Shown here: one piece after another, positions 25,561-39,923 of the stretch
Position numbering within the stretch: the first letter of the stretch is position 1
How the letters are laid out: each line of letters begins with the position of its first letter
Assembly: GCA_000320545.1 (NCBI GenBank)
Contig: ADNK01001953.1
Location: 79,966 to 143,965, forward strand
Reading direction: 5' to 3'
From: Bigelowiella natans CCMP2755
Lineage: Eukaryota; Protista; Cercozoa
Length of the DNA stretch: 64,000 bases
Made by a program: the position numbers and the translations under genes
The notes under the pieces: generated by a model
Seen by the model: only the letters and a program-made list of their open reading frames with translations
Told to the model about the DNA's origin: nothing
Database searches by the model: none

Positions 25561-27587
25561 ATGTCGGTGGAATACAAGGTCCTCGCCACATTCTCGTGCA
25601 AATGTTAAATACATCTTAGTACAATATTCGCTGGCAGCTCGTAAACTCCGGGAATCAGGATTCGGTCTTCCATGGTTCTGCGCTCTACAAGTGAGACGGA
25701 CGCGCTCGCGCAACAAACCGATGGATCTTATTCATAATTACGGTATTAATTTAGGCCCAAAATGAAGCTTGAAGTTTTATCCTCTCGAGGAGTACGAGTG
25801 GTGCTAGTAATAACTTACATGGCGGCCATCACCGGGGTTGTCATCACTGCAGTGCCAACTGGCGTAGATAGGTTTGTTTTCGTTAGGGAATAAAAAGGGA
25901 TTGAAAGTAACTTTAGCGACCACCGCCTTATAATTTAGCGCCATCGATCGGTTTCTGCTGGTTCCTTCCTTGGCCATTGGGTACACCTTTATGGTTTACC
26001 TCTTCCTGCGGTAGTCAACATCATCATCATGCAACGTACTGGAATGGAATGGATCAGTAGTTAACTAGTTCTTCTTCTCTCCTCTCTTAGATATTGCATG
26101 TGGGAATGTCTTGGCTTGGTACTTCGGGAACAAGTTTGGACGTTTTTAACACTTTGTGTTTGCGCAGTTTGCGCACTGGAGGTAAAATATCATTGTTTAC
26201 TGCCAACACAAGGACTGTAGTCGTTGAAAGCCAGCATTATCGTCGTGCCTATCTTCGTTGGTGTTCAAACCATATCGGCGAGTAGTATGCTGTTTAAAAT
26301 CGCCATCAGTGTCTATGTTACTGAATAAATTTCGATGCTGAAACGCACCACACTATTTCTTCAAAGGTGGCAGTTCATACATTCCAAGAGGTGCCAGCAG
26401 CCGGTGTCACAGCTGCACGGTAATACTACAATAAAGTCGACGATGATAACGTCAAAGATGAGGACAACAACAATGATGATTTAGATGAAAAGGGAAAAGG
26501 TGTATAATCTAATTAATTATACAACAGAGTTGCGTTACAGAACGTGCAGAAGCTGCTATGGCTTATGATGATGGTAGATACATTTTATAGGAGAGGAGAA
26601 GAGTATATTATATTTAATCATGGTATTTTCTATGTAATATGTAATGGAAATTAAAGAAGGAGAAAACCAGAGTATATACTAGTAGTTGTCCGGTAAACTA
26701 CTCTGTTTAATGTGTTCATAGGATTCTTTTGGGAGGAAACGCGTCGTCATATGCTCCCGCTTTTATAGATGGTGATATTCAGTTTAAAAACGAACAAAGA
26801 GAGATTGTTGTTCACATATCTAATCTTTCTCATTGCTTTTTCTAATAGGAAAGTACTGTTTGTTACCTGCAACGTCGTCGCTGAGGTATGCAACATCCCG
26901 TCCTCATTGATTGATATGATTTTTAAGTCCGCGGTTTTATTGTCAGACTTTCGCCGATGATTAATGAATACACAGTGTTACTGCTGCTGCTGCTGCTGCT
27001 GTAGTTGTTGATCATTGTGCGCATGTGTATACGTAGTAGTCTAATATCTCTATACTACCTTATGGTTGGATGATGATGGTGGTGATGATGATTATTTCCA
27101 ATAATTATATTCTTCTTCTCTACCTCTTCTGACTACTACTACTGCTGCTGCTATTAGGCAGTTACACAGAGTCTGTGCAGCAAGTATTCACCAGAAGACA
27201 TGGCAGTCACGTGGTATTATATACTACTACTAATACTACTACTTCTACTACATATATTGGTTGTGTTATAAATGATAGATGCTGGCGATGATAAAGACTC
27301 GTCGTCGTCTTTGACAATTTATGTATATTTATCGATAGCATTTTCCTGATCAGGGGTTTTGATGGTGTGTTCGTGATTTGGCTACTGAGTTTGATGAGGA
27401 GGAGCAAAGCCTATCTTTCTCAGCAACCCTACTTACACACTCGCACAAGACAGTTAGGATTTCGTTTCTTTTGCTTTCAAACCATCGTCGTCATCGTTTC
27501 AATAATAACATGCGCAATCATTAATGCAGCTACGCACAGGTATCATCATCATCATCATCATCATCGTCATCGTCATCCTGAACATTC

Positions 27588-27621
<34 letters not shown>

Positions 27622-28307
27622 AAGAAGAAGAAGAAGTTAAAACATGATAGCAAAAAGGATGATGGAGAGATGAGACATGTCTTAGCTTTCTCAGTTTTTT
27701 TTTTCCTACCATCCTCTCCCTCCTGTCCTCATTCTCCTCCTCCTCCTCCTCCTCCTCCTCCTCCTCCTCCTCATCGTTTCATCTGATGAAAGTATTGCTG
27801 CTCAATCACCAATATCTTCATGTTGTCGGCCCTTTACTTACTTAGTTACTTACTTACTTACTACAGGAGCAATCTGACTGGAGTACTGTTGATCCAGCAC
27901 ATCTACATGTGTGTCATTGGTTATATCCATCTTCCCATCACACGACAAGAAGCACACGTAGAGACAACGACGATTCAATCCCACCTCAATAAGGGCCATT
28001 GTTCCTTCTACGCGGCAAAGATGTGCCTCCAAGCTTCCTATGAGGTAGGTAGGTTTGTAGTGGCAGGTTGGAGGTGGTGGTGCTGGTGGTGGTGGTGAAG
28101 GGGAAGGAGGGGAAGGAGAAAAGGTATTTACATTATGTCACTCCTGACGAGTAGTAGAAGTAGTAGCAGTAGTAGTAGTAATAGTAGTAGTAATAGTATG
28201 TTTATCATCATCGTGCCTGCAGATATAGCGTCATTCAACACCACAATCATCCGGAAAAATCGGTCTTTAGAATCATGACAACTGCTATAGTCATCATCAT
28301 CACCATC

Positions 28308-28340
<33 letters not shown>

Positions 28341-28841
28341 TATCAGGTCTACCAAGAAAGTCCTTACAACAGCCCTGATAGCGCTATATCAGAGCAATGG
28401 ATCAAAGTAAGTAGTGTATGCATGTAATACCTATCCACTGCGTGTTAACACCGCGTAGTACCTTAATAATCGTTGTATACCCTGATGTTATCCACCACTA
28501 TATATCACTTATCTATGTATCTTATTATCATCAGTGTGGAGGCTGGGCTGCGCCAAGGAACATGGAGGTGGTAAACACGTTTCGATATCAAGCCGTAGGT
28601 AAGCAACCCACTCTATCCATCATTGCCGACATAAAATACTATTATTATAGCATAAAGAAGATGATGATAGTGGTGGTGGTGATGATGATTGATGTACTAT
28701 GATGGCGACGGTAGGAATGCAAGTGGTGATCGTTAGCATCTCTGCCCCTTCGATGACAATTGTAGCCTTCAGAGGAACTGACAACTGGAAAAATGTATGT
28801 GTGTAGCACCCATACAACAACAATAACAACAACTTGCTTTC

Positions 28842-28884
<43 letters not shown>

Positions 28885-28906
28885 GCAAATATTAATTGTG
28901 TATACA

Positions 28907-28980
<74 letters not shown>

Positions 28981-29400
28981 AAATATATAATATATAACAT
29001 ATAAAATGTAGGTTGTGACGGATCTCGCTACATGGAGGATAGCTCCGTCTCGATTTGGACCCGTACTACGACTGATGATTTATCATTAATCACAAACATT
29101 ACACAATAATATTGATATTGGCTTGATGATGATGGTGAGGAGGAGGAGGAGGAGGAGGAGGAGGAGGATCATCATGATATATCTTCTCTTCTTCTTCTTC
29201 TTCTTCTTCTTCTTCTTCGTCTTCTTTGTCGTCTTCTTCTATTGAGCATATTTTTCATGCAGTTGCGTGTATACTTTGAATCAATTGATCAAAGCCACAT
29301 CGTGCTGATTTTGTTGGTTTACAGTCGATACAGATATTTGTGTATTTGTGTGTGTGTTCCTAGTACACATTATTCCACATATAAATGGATGATGACAGCG

Positions 29401-29435
<35 letters not shown>

Positions 29436-29772
29436 CACGATTGTTATTGTCAGGGAAGCCGACCTGACTGTTTAAGCGATGCTAATGTAAAGGTTCATAA
29501 GGGATTTTGGTATTACCAATACAAACATAGATTAAGACAACGACTTATTTATTATTGGCAACTTAAAGAAAGAATAAGAGAGTAGCAGCTTCATTCATAT
29601 ATTTTTCTTGTTATAAATCGTTGTTGGTACTTGCTCCTTTTATGATTCCTAAAATGACGACGATGACGACCAGGTCTGCATACCAGTCTATGCGGCGGGA
29701 TTTGTTAGAGCAACTAAGAGCCATATATAGGTACTATTACTATTAGCACGTATCTCAGCTTTTAGTAGTTGT

Positions 29773-29804
<32 letters not shown>

Positions 29805-30042
29805 CCACGTTTATCACTGATTTGCTTTCCATGATATAGTAGTAGTAGTAGTAGTATTAGTAGTAGTAGTACACCCCTAGTTCAGTCTTATCTCCTCTTC
29901 TTCTTCTAACTTTATTGGTAACAACAGGCCTGACAACAAGGCCATAACTAATCTTCACAATCCTGAGACTTCGGAAGCCTGTGACGCCCCCATTGTCTTC
30001 ACCGGTGTGTATGATGCGTTTTTCTGGTTTGTATACTACTTT

Positions 30043-30075
<33 letters not shown>

Positions 30076-30467
30076 AATGCACTACCTGGTGAGATTGAGT
30101 GGTAGGTAGGTAGGTAGATAGGAAGGTATGATCCCCCTATTTATCATCACGTTTGAACGACGAAGACGTGTTATTTTCACGCCAATAATCCACAAGTACG
30201 ATAAAGAACATAGTCGGGTGCTGTTCTACCAGAAAAATTATCACCATCATCACAAGCAGCAGCAGCAGCAACAGCATGACAACTATGATGATGATGATGA
30301 TCATGATGATGATGATGATCATCATTCAGGGCACTCGCTGGGTGGAGCTCTAGCCACCTTAGCTGCTTTAGATAATGCAACACTTGTGAGGCCACTGCAC
30401 CATCTCACCGCCTTGTTCACGTTTGGGTGGGTAGTACTAAAAAGAGGAAGAGGATTAGAACGAGAAG

Positions 30468-30511
<44 letters not shown>

Positions 30512-31361
30512 CACAATTTTAAGCTACTAAGAAAGAGCAACATTAGTTGAAATAATTGGGCATGTTCTCATATTACTTCTCGAACATGATGAAGATACAT
30601 GCGTGTTTGTTAATGACAATATTGCTTATTCACGACAGATCTCCTAGAGTTGGATCATACGCTTTCGCAAGTTTATTTGACAGAAAAGTGCCGGAGGCCA
30701 TGCGGCTGGTGTTTGAGAGAGATATGGTTACAAATCAACCCAAGTTTTGTTGCGCTTATAAACACGTTGGCAGAGAGGTGCTAAACGATTATAGATCTAG
30801 GGATGATACAACTAAAATTAATATTCTATCGAATAATTTTTCGCTTGTACGAATTCCTCATCTTCCTTCATGAATTTTTTGTGGATCTTTGTTTGTGCTG
30901 CATATGTCTGCATGTGTGTGTCTTGAGAGGGGGGGGAGAGAGAGAATTTCTTCCTGAAACAAAATTGGATACAAAGAAGATAAGTTGAATAGTAAAACAG
31001 GATTTTAAGCCAAATTGGATACAGCGAAGATAAGTTGAATATTAAAACAGGATTTTTTGGTGTTGTTCTTCTTCTTTAACCAATACATAAAATAAGATTC
31101 TCGTCGATGAACGGGGAAACTGTATCGCTAACCCTACGTTTGTGGAGAAGGTAATAGTAATGGAGGAGCAGATTCACTTTTGTGATGGCGGGAAAATATT
31201 ATCCACTTATTCCAGAATGTATTTATAAATAATCCCTATTCTAGGCATTTTCCAACTCGAAGACTCGTATTAGCGATCATTCGATGTTTGCGTATCTACG
31301 TGGTATGAAAGCGTGCGAAATATCAGGCATAGATCACGGGGATGGTGACTACGAACGATAA
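25561..31361 (+). CDS. Class 3 lipase with N-terminal transmembrane region, multi-exon
   Basis: Spliced TIVAFRGTDNWKN|VVTDL, VHKGF, VFT|GHSLGGALATLAALD (GxSxG), TFG|SPRVG, RLVFERDMVT (catalytic Asp), DHSM (catalytic His); ends GDYER* at 31361. Hydrophobic N-terminal exons. Start approximate. Confidence 0.88.
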
Positions 31362-32042
31362 AGGGTCTGCTTTGCGTCATAGATGGCACTTAGAATAGGT
31401 AGATGACATTAATAACACTGTTATCGTCCTTTTAGAAGAACAATAAGAAGCTTTTTTGCTCATATGTAGTAAATCAATTTACTTCATACAAGCTCGCATG
31501 AGCGTATAAATGTGTTATGAGCGTGCATGCACATGCGCCCGTGACCGCACTGCGCACTGAGCGCACCGTGATGGTTGGATTCATGTTTTTCATGCGCACG
31601 CTAGAACAAGCGAGCAAGCAAAGCTTCAATTATTCTTTACTATTAGATTTTATGCATACGTACATCGTATACGTCTAGAATAAATGCTGTTTGTCACAGA
31701 AGAAAGATTCCAAACGCTACGCTATGGAAGTATGTGTAGATAGTTAGGGGCTAATGATAGACATGTAATAGTGACTTGCAGCCTGCTGGTTTACGCTTAG
31801 ATCCAGGAAATGCATGCTCGCGAGCTCCCCTTCGCCTCTCCGCCGCACAATAAGCGCAGCTATAAACTATACTCGATCGTTCGCATCGATTATATCCATT
31901 TGAGCGTTTGTTCATGCGCTTAAATATTCTTTATTCTTTTCAAACTATGTTCAGATAATAAATTCTCATGATTTGTATAGTGAAATGAAAATGAGTCACC
32001 AAGCCGTTTCGTCGTTAAGCTGAATTCATCTCGTGCAGCACT

Positions 32043-32666
32043 CTAGCGGTAGAGATGATCTGCTGCAATATTAGCTGCAATCTCTGGTTCCCATCGATCT
32101 CCATTTGCAAGAAGCTTATCTTTATCATACAGAAGCTCTTCATGAGTTTCAGTTGCGTACTCGTAGTTTGGCCCTTCCACAATTGCATCGACGGGGCATG
32201 CTTCTTGACAGAATCCACAGAAAATGCATTTTGTCATGTCAATATCATAACGAGTAGTTCTTCTGCTTCCGTCAGCGCGAGCTTCTGCTTCAATAGTGAT
32301 GGCCTGAGCGGGACAAATGGCTTCGCAGAGCTTGCACGCAATGCATCTTTCCTCTCCACTTGGATATCGTCGAAGTGCATGCTCTCCACGGAAACGAGGG
32401 CTAAGTGGTCCTCTCTCAAAGGGATAGTTAATTGTAACTTTAGGCTTGAAGTGGTTTTCCACGGCAAGTTGGGCAGCGCGCAATATTTCTGTCATGAAAA
32501 GCTGCTGAGAGGTGTGATCTATAATCTCCATAAGCCCCTGATCTGCTCCATCATGCACGTTTTCGGGCTTAAACTTTTTCTCTGGAACAGCAACCGAAAA
32601 AGACCTCTTTGCAATCCTTTGAGTCTGCTTAAGGGCGTGTTTTAGAAGGGAGGGGGATAGAATCAT
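32043..32666 (-). CDS. NDUFS8: NADH:ubiquinone oxidoreductase Fe-S protein 8 (TYKY/NuoI), mitochondrial, intronless
   Basis: [49 protein letters not shown]...[28 protein letters not shown] contains two 4Fe-4S motifs; basic N-terminal mitochondrial presequence. Confidence 0.98.
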   Translation of the reverse strand: MILSPSLLKHALKQTQRIAKRSFSVAVPEKKFKPENVHDGADQGLMEIIDHTSQQLFMTEILRAAQLAVENHFKPKVTINYPFERGPLSPRFRGEHALRRYPSGEERCIACKLCEAICPAQAITIEAEARADGSRRTTRYDIDMTKCIFCGFCQEACPVDAIVEGPNYEYATETHEELLYDKDKLLANGDRWEPEIAANIAADHLYR

Positions 32667-33228
32667 TGTCCCAACAAAAGCACTTTCTTTCAGACAGGGG
32701 TCAGTCCAGTACTGTCTCCCAAGTAAGAGCTAACATGCAATGCCGCAGCTGTTTGTATCCGGTCAAATGTCTTGGTTTTTCATATTCGGTTTAAATACAG
32801 TGTGTCGTTTTCCCAAAATGTGTCATTTACATCAAATAAAAAATATCGCAAACCTACTTTGTGATCTGAAACTGTACGTGCCACAATCTCATTTCCACCT
32901 GAAATATCCTACACTTCATCACTGCGTCATCAAAATTGCTCGGTCTATTTTTAAAAGTAATACAGGAGAATTTACTCCGATTGCCGATGAATACGTTGTC
33001 GTAGTCGTCTGGATCTGAGACTCTCAATCAATCCTCCGACACAAGCAGATGCCTTTGGGCTAAAACCAAGTCTAATACGAAGAAACAATATAAAAAAATG
33101 ACAAGAAATGATCATAATGGGTAAAAAAAGTGTTGTAGTTGTTGTTGTTGTTGTTTTGCATTAATAATTGAGTAGATCTATGAAGTCTGATGAGCATTTT
33201 ATCGTTACAGTAGTAGTCTGGTCAAGAA

Positions 33229-33266
<38 letters not shown>

Positions 33267-33304
33267 CCAACAACAAAATCTAGATCTACTACCACTGGGG
33301 GGGA

Positions 33305-34769
33305 ATGTTTGAGTTCGTAATCGCCACAGTGGTCGGAGCAGCGGGGATTGTTGCGTATTATACATTTTTGAAGTACGTTGTTGTCGCAGCACATACATAC
33401 ACACCCCCGAGGACAAGCATTGCTACATTCCACTATAGACTACTACTACTACTACTACTACTACTCGTACCAACACACTGTAGGAGGACATGTTAGATCA
33501 TTCATTCAATCGTTCATTCATTCATCCGTCCATCCATTCACCAAGTGTCGAACTAACATACAACCAGAAAGAGAGAAGGAGGAGCGAGGAAGTCCAACAA
33601 CATGGCGGACAAAAAAAAAGGTCGGTCTATGTTCTTCGTAGAGTTCTGCCCTCCTAAATTATTAATCGTCTTCGATGTGTTCCTTTTGAATATAATTAGT
33701 GCATTACGTATGGCGTCGAGAGGAGAATCGCTTTACGAAGTAGCAAAAATATAACATCAGTGCTCAAAGTAGTATTGCGCTACTACTACTAAAGTGTGCA
33801 TGATAGGTGGTATTTGAAGGACTGGACAGAAACTTGGGCCATTATGAAACGAGAGAAAGGTACAGCGGAATAGATTATTACGAGAACAATATTTCTCTGA
33901 GTAGTAGTAATGTTTTCCATCAGGAGGAGAGGAGTGCAGAGAGGGTAAGATGGTGCGAGGACAACGGAAGAAGGACGATCAAGCAGGGTAATCTCACAAA
34001 CATTCCTCATTTTTAATGATTATCATCACCCCATTCTGGTGTCCAACAAAGTAAGTGGCATACTCCCCTCCTATACGATGATTAGGTCAAAAACAATTGT
34101 ACTTGGAGATGGCAAGATCCAGTCAGAATTGTGTTTCTAAGACTGGACTGACACATAATAGGCTATATGCAGCAATGCTGATCTCATAGGTGTGCATTCC
34201 CATCATCATCATCATTATCATCATCATTTATGCAGGTACATTGTGCCAGATACCGGGGAGGTGAAGGACGCCTATTTGATACCGCGTACACCTTCTGAGA
34301 TTTTAGAATCTACCGACGATGTTACCCCTCAAGAGGCAGAAGAAGTACGTGTGTTTAGTTTATTTAGTCACCCTGGCATGGCATGCTGTTATATCGTGGC
34401 AAGGAAGCAAGGGAAAGCAAGTAGGAGCTCTTTTTAGAAGTTGACTCCATCGAAATAATTATAAGAACATTAAACAGAAGATTTTAATGTAGGTTGTGAT
34501 GTTCCAGTCTTGCTGTAATGTGAAACACAAGACCTGAATAATATTAGTGTAACTTGAATATGTGCGTGCAGGTTGAAGGACTTGCCTTCGATGAAATATC
34601 AGGAAAAGTCAGGGTGGGGTTTTTGATAGAGGTTAGTAATAACTGCGATATCCTCCTCCAATGGGCAATACTTTCCTTCCTCCCTCCCTCTTCCCTCTTG
34701 ATTGTATTTGTTTATTCTTCTATTATAATGGATGATCGATATCCTCTACTTCTACCACTACTACTACTG

Positions 34770-34801
<32 letters not shown>

Positions 34802-35522
34802 GCTACTACTACACTACAACCAAGGAAAAAGACGTTGGAAAGGGGAAGAATGGAAGCAGGGACAACAAGATATTCGGTAGCAGCCGCATATGCTGATTAT
34901 TCACTGACCTAACTACCTACATACCTACTTCTGCTTGCTAGTCATAATGATAATCAAGAGCTATTTACAAGAATATTCTGGTGTCATTTGTATTACATCA
35001 TGGCATACGTTTCTGCTCCCTCATCTGCCATCATTCCCAGTTCTTTGAAGATGTGTTAAATATGATTTCTCCTTCCTTCTTTTCTCATCATAGTATCAAA
35101 GCATAAGCCTCACGATGATACAGTCAAGGGGAGAAAATGGGTGTCCTTGGTACTAATACCTTCTTTTTCTTCATTGACTAGTATCAAAATGATGATTGGA
35201 AGAAGACGACGATGTAGAAGGAGAGGATGGCAATAGTGATAATGATGATGATGGTTATATACAGGGAGATTGGAACGATAATGCTGCAAAGATGCGTCGT
35301 CGGAAAGTGGACAAGAGTGAAAAGAGGAAGAGTGAGAAGAAGGGAGATCCAGGATGTGATGGATCGGAGAAGGACAAACTATACTACTGTCGAACGGTAT
35401 ACTACTAGTCGTCTATGTTTTCATTCATTTTCCACACTTTGAGCATATTGGTACTTGGTTGACACCATTGTGTTGGTGGGAAGGTGCTTTCCACTTTACA
35501 TCGCTGATGGCATTCAAGATGA

Positions 35523-35564
<42 letters not shown>

Positions 35565-36962
35565 ACAACATATCTATCTTTTATCTTTCACAATACCAAT
35601 ACACTATTGTTGTTATCACCATATTATTTCTTTCTCTGCAGGAGCGAGTACCAGTTGACAGTCTTCAGTACGACTTACCGACTGTGGAAATCGATTCTAT
35701 GGTTAGAAACTAGTAACATCATGAAGCATTGCCATTATTCATCATTACTAATCCTCCACCATCTCCTCATCTTGTGGGTGCTGCATGTCTGTGTTTTAGT
35801 TGTGTGTCGGGGAGGGGGGGAGAGGGGTCTCATTACGACAACTATTGCTTGCATCAGATAAATAAATAGGTTTCCTCCTCCCACCCCTCCTTTTTCTTTT
35901 TCTCCTCCTCCTCCTCCTCCTCCTCCTCCTCCTACTCCTCCTCCTACTCAGAAAGCAGAGTGGATTCCATATCTGGTTTACTTTCTTGTGCTCACACTTC
36001 TTTTCACACAGGTAGGTACCTGCTTGTTGCACTGCTTAACTTTAATCAATGCTTTTTAAAATTATATACAAAAACTTGTTCTTTGATCATTTTGTTGTGT
36101 CGTTTGTCTGAAAACCCCCTTCTTCTTCTTTTATCTTCTTTCTTTCTTTCCTTCTTAAGTTAGTGAACCTCATACAGCCCTTCATCGAGAATGTGCTGGA
36201 TGCCATGTGGAAAGAAGAGAGGCATGTTGACCCTTTCGTCTTTTCAGCACATCGCCTACAATCGACACTTTATCGTGTAACCAAGGGAGTAGAGTATCAC
36301 AACTGCTCGGTCGGTAAAAGAAATAATGAATGTCGTTTACATTGCTATCACGAGATGGATATAATAACTCTTGTTTATTCGTATTTTCCTTCTTCTCTGT
36401 CTTTTTCTTCTTCTTCTTCTTCATCGTTGGGGTGATGTTCTTCATGACACAATCTACAAATTTAGTCTCCCGACGTGTTTCTGGATAAGTATGCGTGCGA
36501 GACACACAATCTTTACGTCGTGTGGGTTATAACTGAGTTTTTGGCTCGCAAACATATGCTGGAATGGTGAGGAAGATGTACATAACGATGATGATGATAA
36601 TGATGACGAAGAAGATGATGATTATGAAAATGATGATTTGACAGATAATGATAAAAGCGAGCATAAAATCCTAAGATAAAATTTATTTTACGATTACTAT
36701 GACTACAGTCTAGATACGTCGTAGCTCAACATTTTTTTCATATTCGAGATGTTGTGCTGCTGTTTGATTCTGAGGGTTAGTTGAAGGATGTTGTGACGAT
36801 GATTCGCTGCATCATGATGGATCTCTCAAAAAAGATCACATTAGTTGATAATGATACGTAATATATCCACACTCATATTTAGTAGTATAATAATAATGAT
36901 AATAGTATTCCTAATTGTAGTATGTAATAATTCATTATTCTTATTTACTATCCAACACTATA

Positions 36963-36994
<32 letters not shown>

Positions 36995-38783
36995 GGCGGT
37001 TGGAGCAAGGGCATGTAGACTTTAAGAGTAAGCAGAGAGAATATTTGGTACTACTTATACAGACAGAGAGAATATTTGGTAGTAGTGTTCAGACTACTAC
37101 TTATACTTATACCACATCACTGTAACCCATCAAGACATGTCAAAGATGAGGAGGAGGAGGAGGGGGAATGAGGATGATGATGATGATGATGATGATGATA
37201 ATGATAATCTTTTTCTTCAACAGCGGAACATTACTGAGGCATTCGAGCCAAATAACAGTATGGATGATGACATATTTGCACTGGATAGCAGCATTATCAC
37301 GTATGTAGTACCACTACTATTATTTTCATTATTAATATCCTCGACGTCAGTAAGGCGTTAAACCAAACACACATTTTAAAAAGAAGAAGAAGATGGTGAT
37401 GAAGGAGGAGAAGATTCGACATGTCATTTACAACATAAGTAGCGTCACTCAAGTACGTTTCACACACATACACATACACATACACATACACATACACGCA
37501 GCATGTACCAACACTCTTTGCTCTCACTAACTACCTTACTTTGGTCATCATCATCCTCCTCCTCATCTTCCTCACCATCATCATCATCTAATAGCGGAAT
37601 GTCTGAATTGATGCTTGGAGCAGATTTGAAGGTGGTATTTGGTGATGATGGTGATGATGGTGATAGTGGCTTTGACACATAAAGTCTTTCCTCATCGATA
37701 TGCCAAATGTTTCCTCTACTGCTCCTTCCTCTCCAAAAATATGACGTGTTTACTACTACGACGATTGTTGGATTGTTTCTCATTATTATGATGTGATGCT
37801 GAAAATGGTTAAGAGGATGTATTTGTTATGATGATGATAGGGAAAAGTTTGTTTGGACTACTCGAAAATTGAAGATCCAATCTCTTTCATGGTGCTGCTA
37901 ATTCTTCGCTATATATCTCACAATATATCAAATCCATCTTATACATCGTCGCGAACATGCCGGAAATTATCTCTCAATCTTAATATTATTATATTATTAT
38001 AATTATTATTATCATTAAAACTTTCTCTTCTTTTTATTCTTCTTCTCCATGCCTTTCTGTGTCTTCTCCTTACCAGAAATTCACTGAAATTGTAAAGACG
38101 CATAGCAATAAGCTGTGGTAAGGAAGAGGAGGATAGAGGAGGAGGAGGCACTGATATTCTATTTATATTACTGATGCTACTCGTACTATCTGTATTATGA
38201 CGGGCGACAAGTTTTACCCTTTATTAGTATGAATAATAATAATGATGATGATACTGATAATAATAGTAGTAGTAATAGTAATAATATTGCATGTTCTTAA
38301 ATATGATATAGGTTCAGTAGCTTACAAAGGGATTTGAAAGACAATTTTATACGTGGCTCCAAGCATCTCGACGGTGCTACCACATCTCCCCGTATAAAGA
38401 AGGTCGGTCTTTAGCGCAATAAATAATTTCTTCTCATGGTGGTGATGATGATGATGATGATAACGCTGTATGTTTGTTGTTCAGATCCAAAATATTTTGG
38501 TAGATTTGATAATCTCTTTGCAAGATAGGGTACTTTGACTACTACCACTACTTTGTATACCATGTACCATGTATAATGTGTGGATAATACTCTTCATTTG
38601 TATATGCTATTATTGTCGATGATGAATCCTTACTGTTTCGTCATTACTCTCATTCACATACGCACGTGCACACGCTCACACCTCGAAAATATAGAGTATG
38701 GAAACACAGTCATATTGTCATTTATCTGTATTTCTTTGCCCTATGTGCAGAAAACGTTCTATTACAATATGGAAAAACTATAG
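33305..38783 (+). CDS. Multi-exon hypothetical protein with a hydrophobic N-terminal segment
   Basis: Exons MFEFVIATVVGAAGIVAYYTFL; YIVPDTGEVKDAYLIPRTPSEILE; KAEWIPYLVYFLVLTLLFTQ|LVNLIQPFIENVLDAMWKEERHVDPFVFSAHRLQSTLYR|SPDVFLDKYACETHNLYVVWVITEFLARKHMLEW; ends KTFYYNMEKL*. Upstream exons near 33000 are possible and the early exon phases are unresolved. No family recognised. Confidence 0.6.
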
Positions 38784-39923
38784 TATGGATCACGCACAAG
38801 TCTTGCGTTAACTTGGAATATTAAAGTATGCAATGCACGGCAACTATTTGGGAATGTCTAGATTATGCTAAATGTAAAGTATGATGAAAAAATCACATGT
38901 AATTTGCAATCATCAGATTGTGGAACCGTTCAATTAAATTGTCTGGTTGAGTATCGTGCACACAAGCTATGTAACATGTAGCTGCAGTACGTTCTTTCGT
39001 GCATATATAATAGACACAGCAATACACTATATATATTATATAGCAATACACTATATATATTATATATATTGTGTATTGCATGTCTATCATATATTTAGAT
39101 ATTTTCCCATGGCTGCTTCGGGCAAACAAGTGCTGCCGCACAGTTGTGCATTGCAATTGCTAGATTGTTTCACATGCTTGCGTACGCACTTGTAGCTCGT
39201 AAAATAGCACATTCGCGATAAGTGAGTATAATTCTTTAAACATATAACTCACACCTAAACCAATCCACCATCGGCTAGGCAATTTGCAAAAAGAAGACAA
39301 TTGAATTGCTTTCAAAATGTAGCGGCTGCACGACTTTTTCTCATTGCACACAACCAAGCACGGATTGCATTCAGCAGAGGCTTCGAATCGAAGTTTGCTT
39401 CCGTATTCCTGGCTTCTTTCCTCTAAAGCATGCTGTTGTTCAGCTTTATTCCCATCATTTCCGCCCTTTTCTCAGTGGTCGTTGGAGCTGCATTGCGGTG
39501 CTCTAAATCTCCGTTGCTATCATTTTGAAATTGATTTAAAAAAATACGAGATCATTTTAGCCCCGGTTTTTGACAGGGAATTAATTTATAATTTGTAATG
39601 CCCTGTGTTTCATGCAGATATCATGTCCATATGTGTTATTTTGGAATAAATACATAGTTATCTGGTATCTACGAGGCCTTTCCCATCCACGTGGGCACGA
39701 TCGTGGTCTGTACCATGGTACTAACAACTTGCCTTCTGTCATGAAGATGCTCAAAACTCCCTCTGTGTTTACCTTGCGACGTGGATTCAGCCCTGACGCA
39801 ATAGGATTTCTGATGATCGTCGAACAGGGAAAAGTTGGAAATACATGGGTATTTTATCTATTTTCGTAATAATTTTCATGTCGCACAAGCAGGAACTGAA
39901 CAACAACGTGAATCACTTCCACA

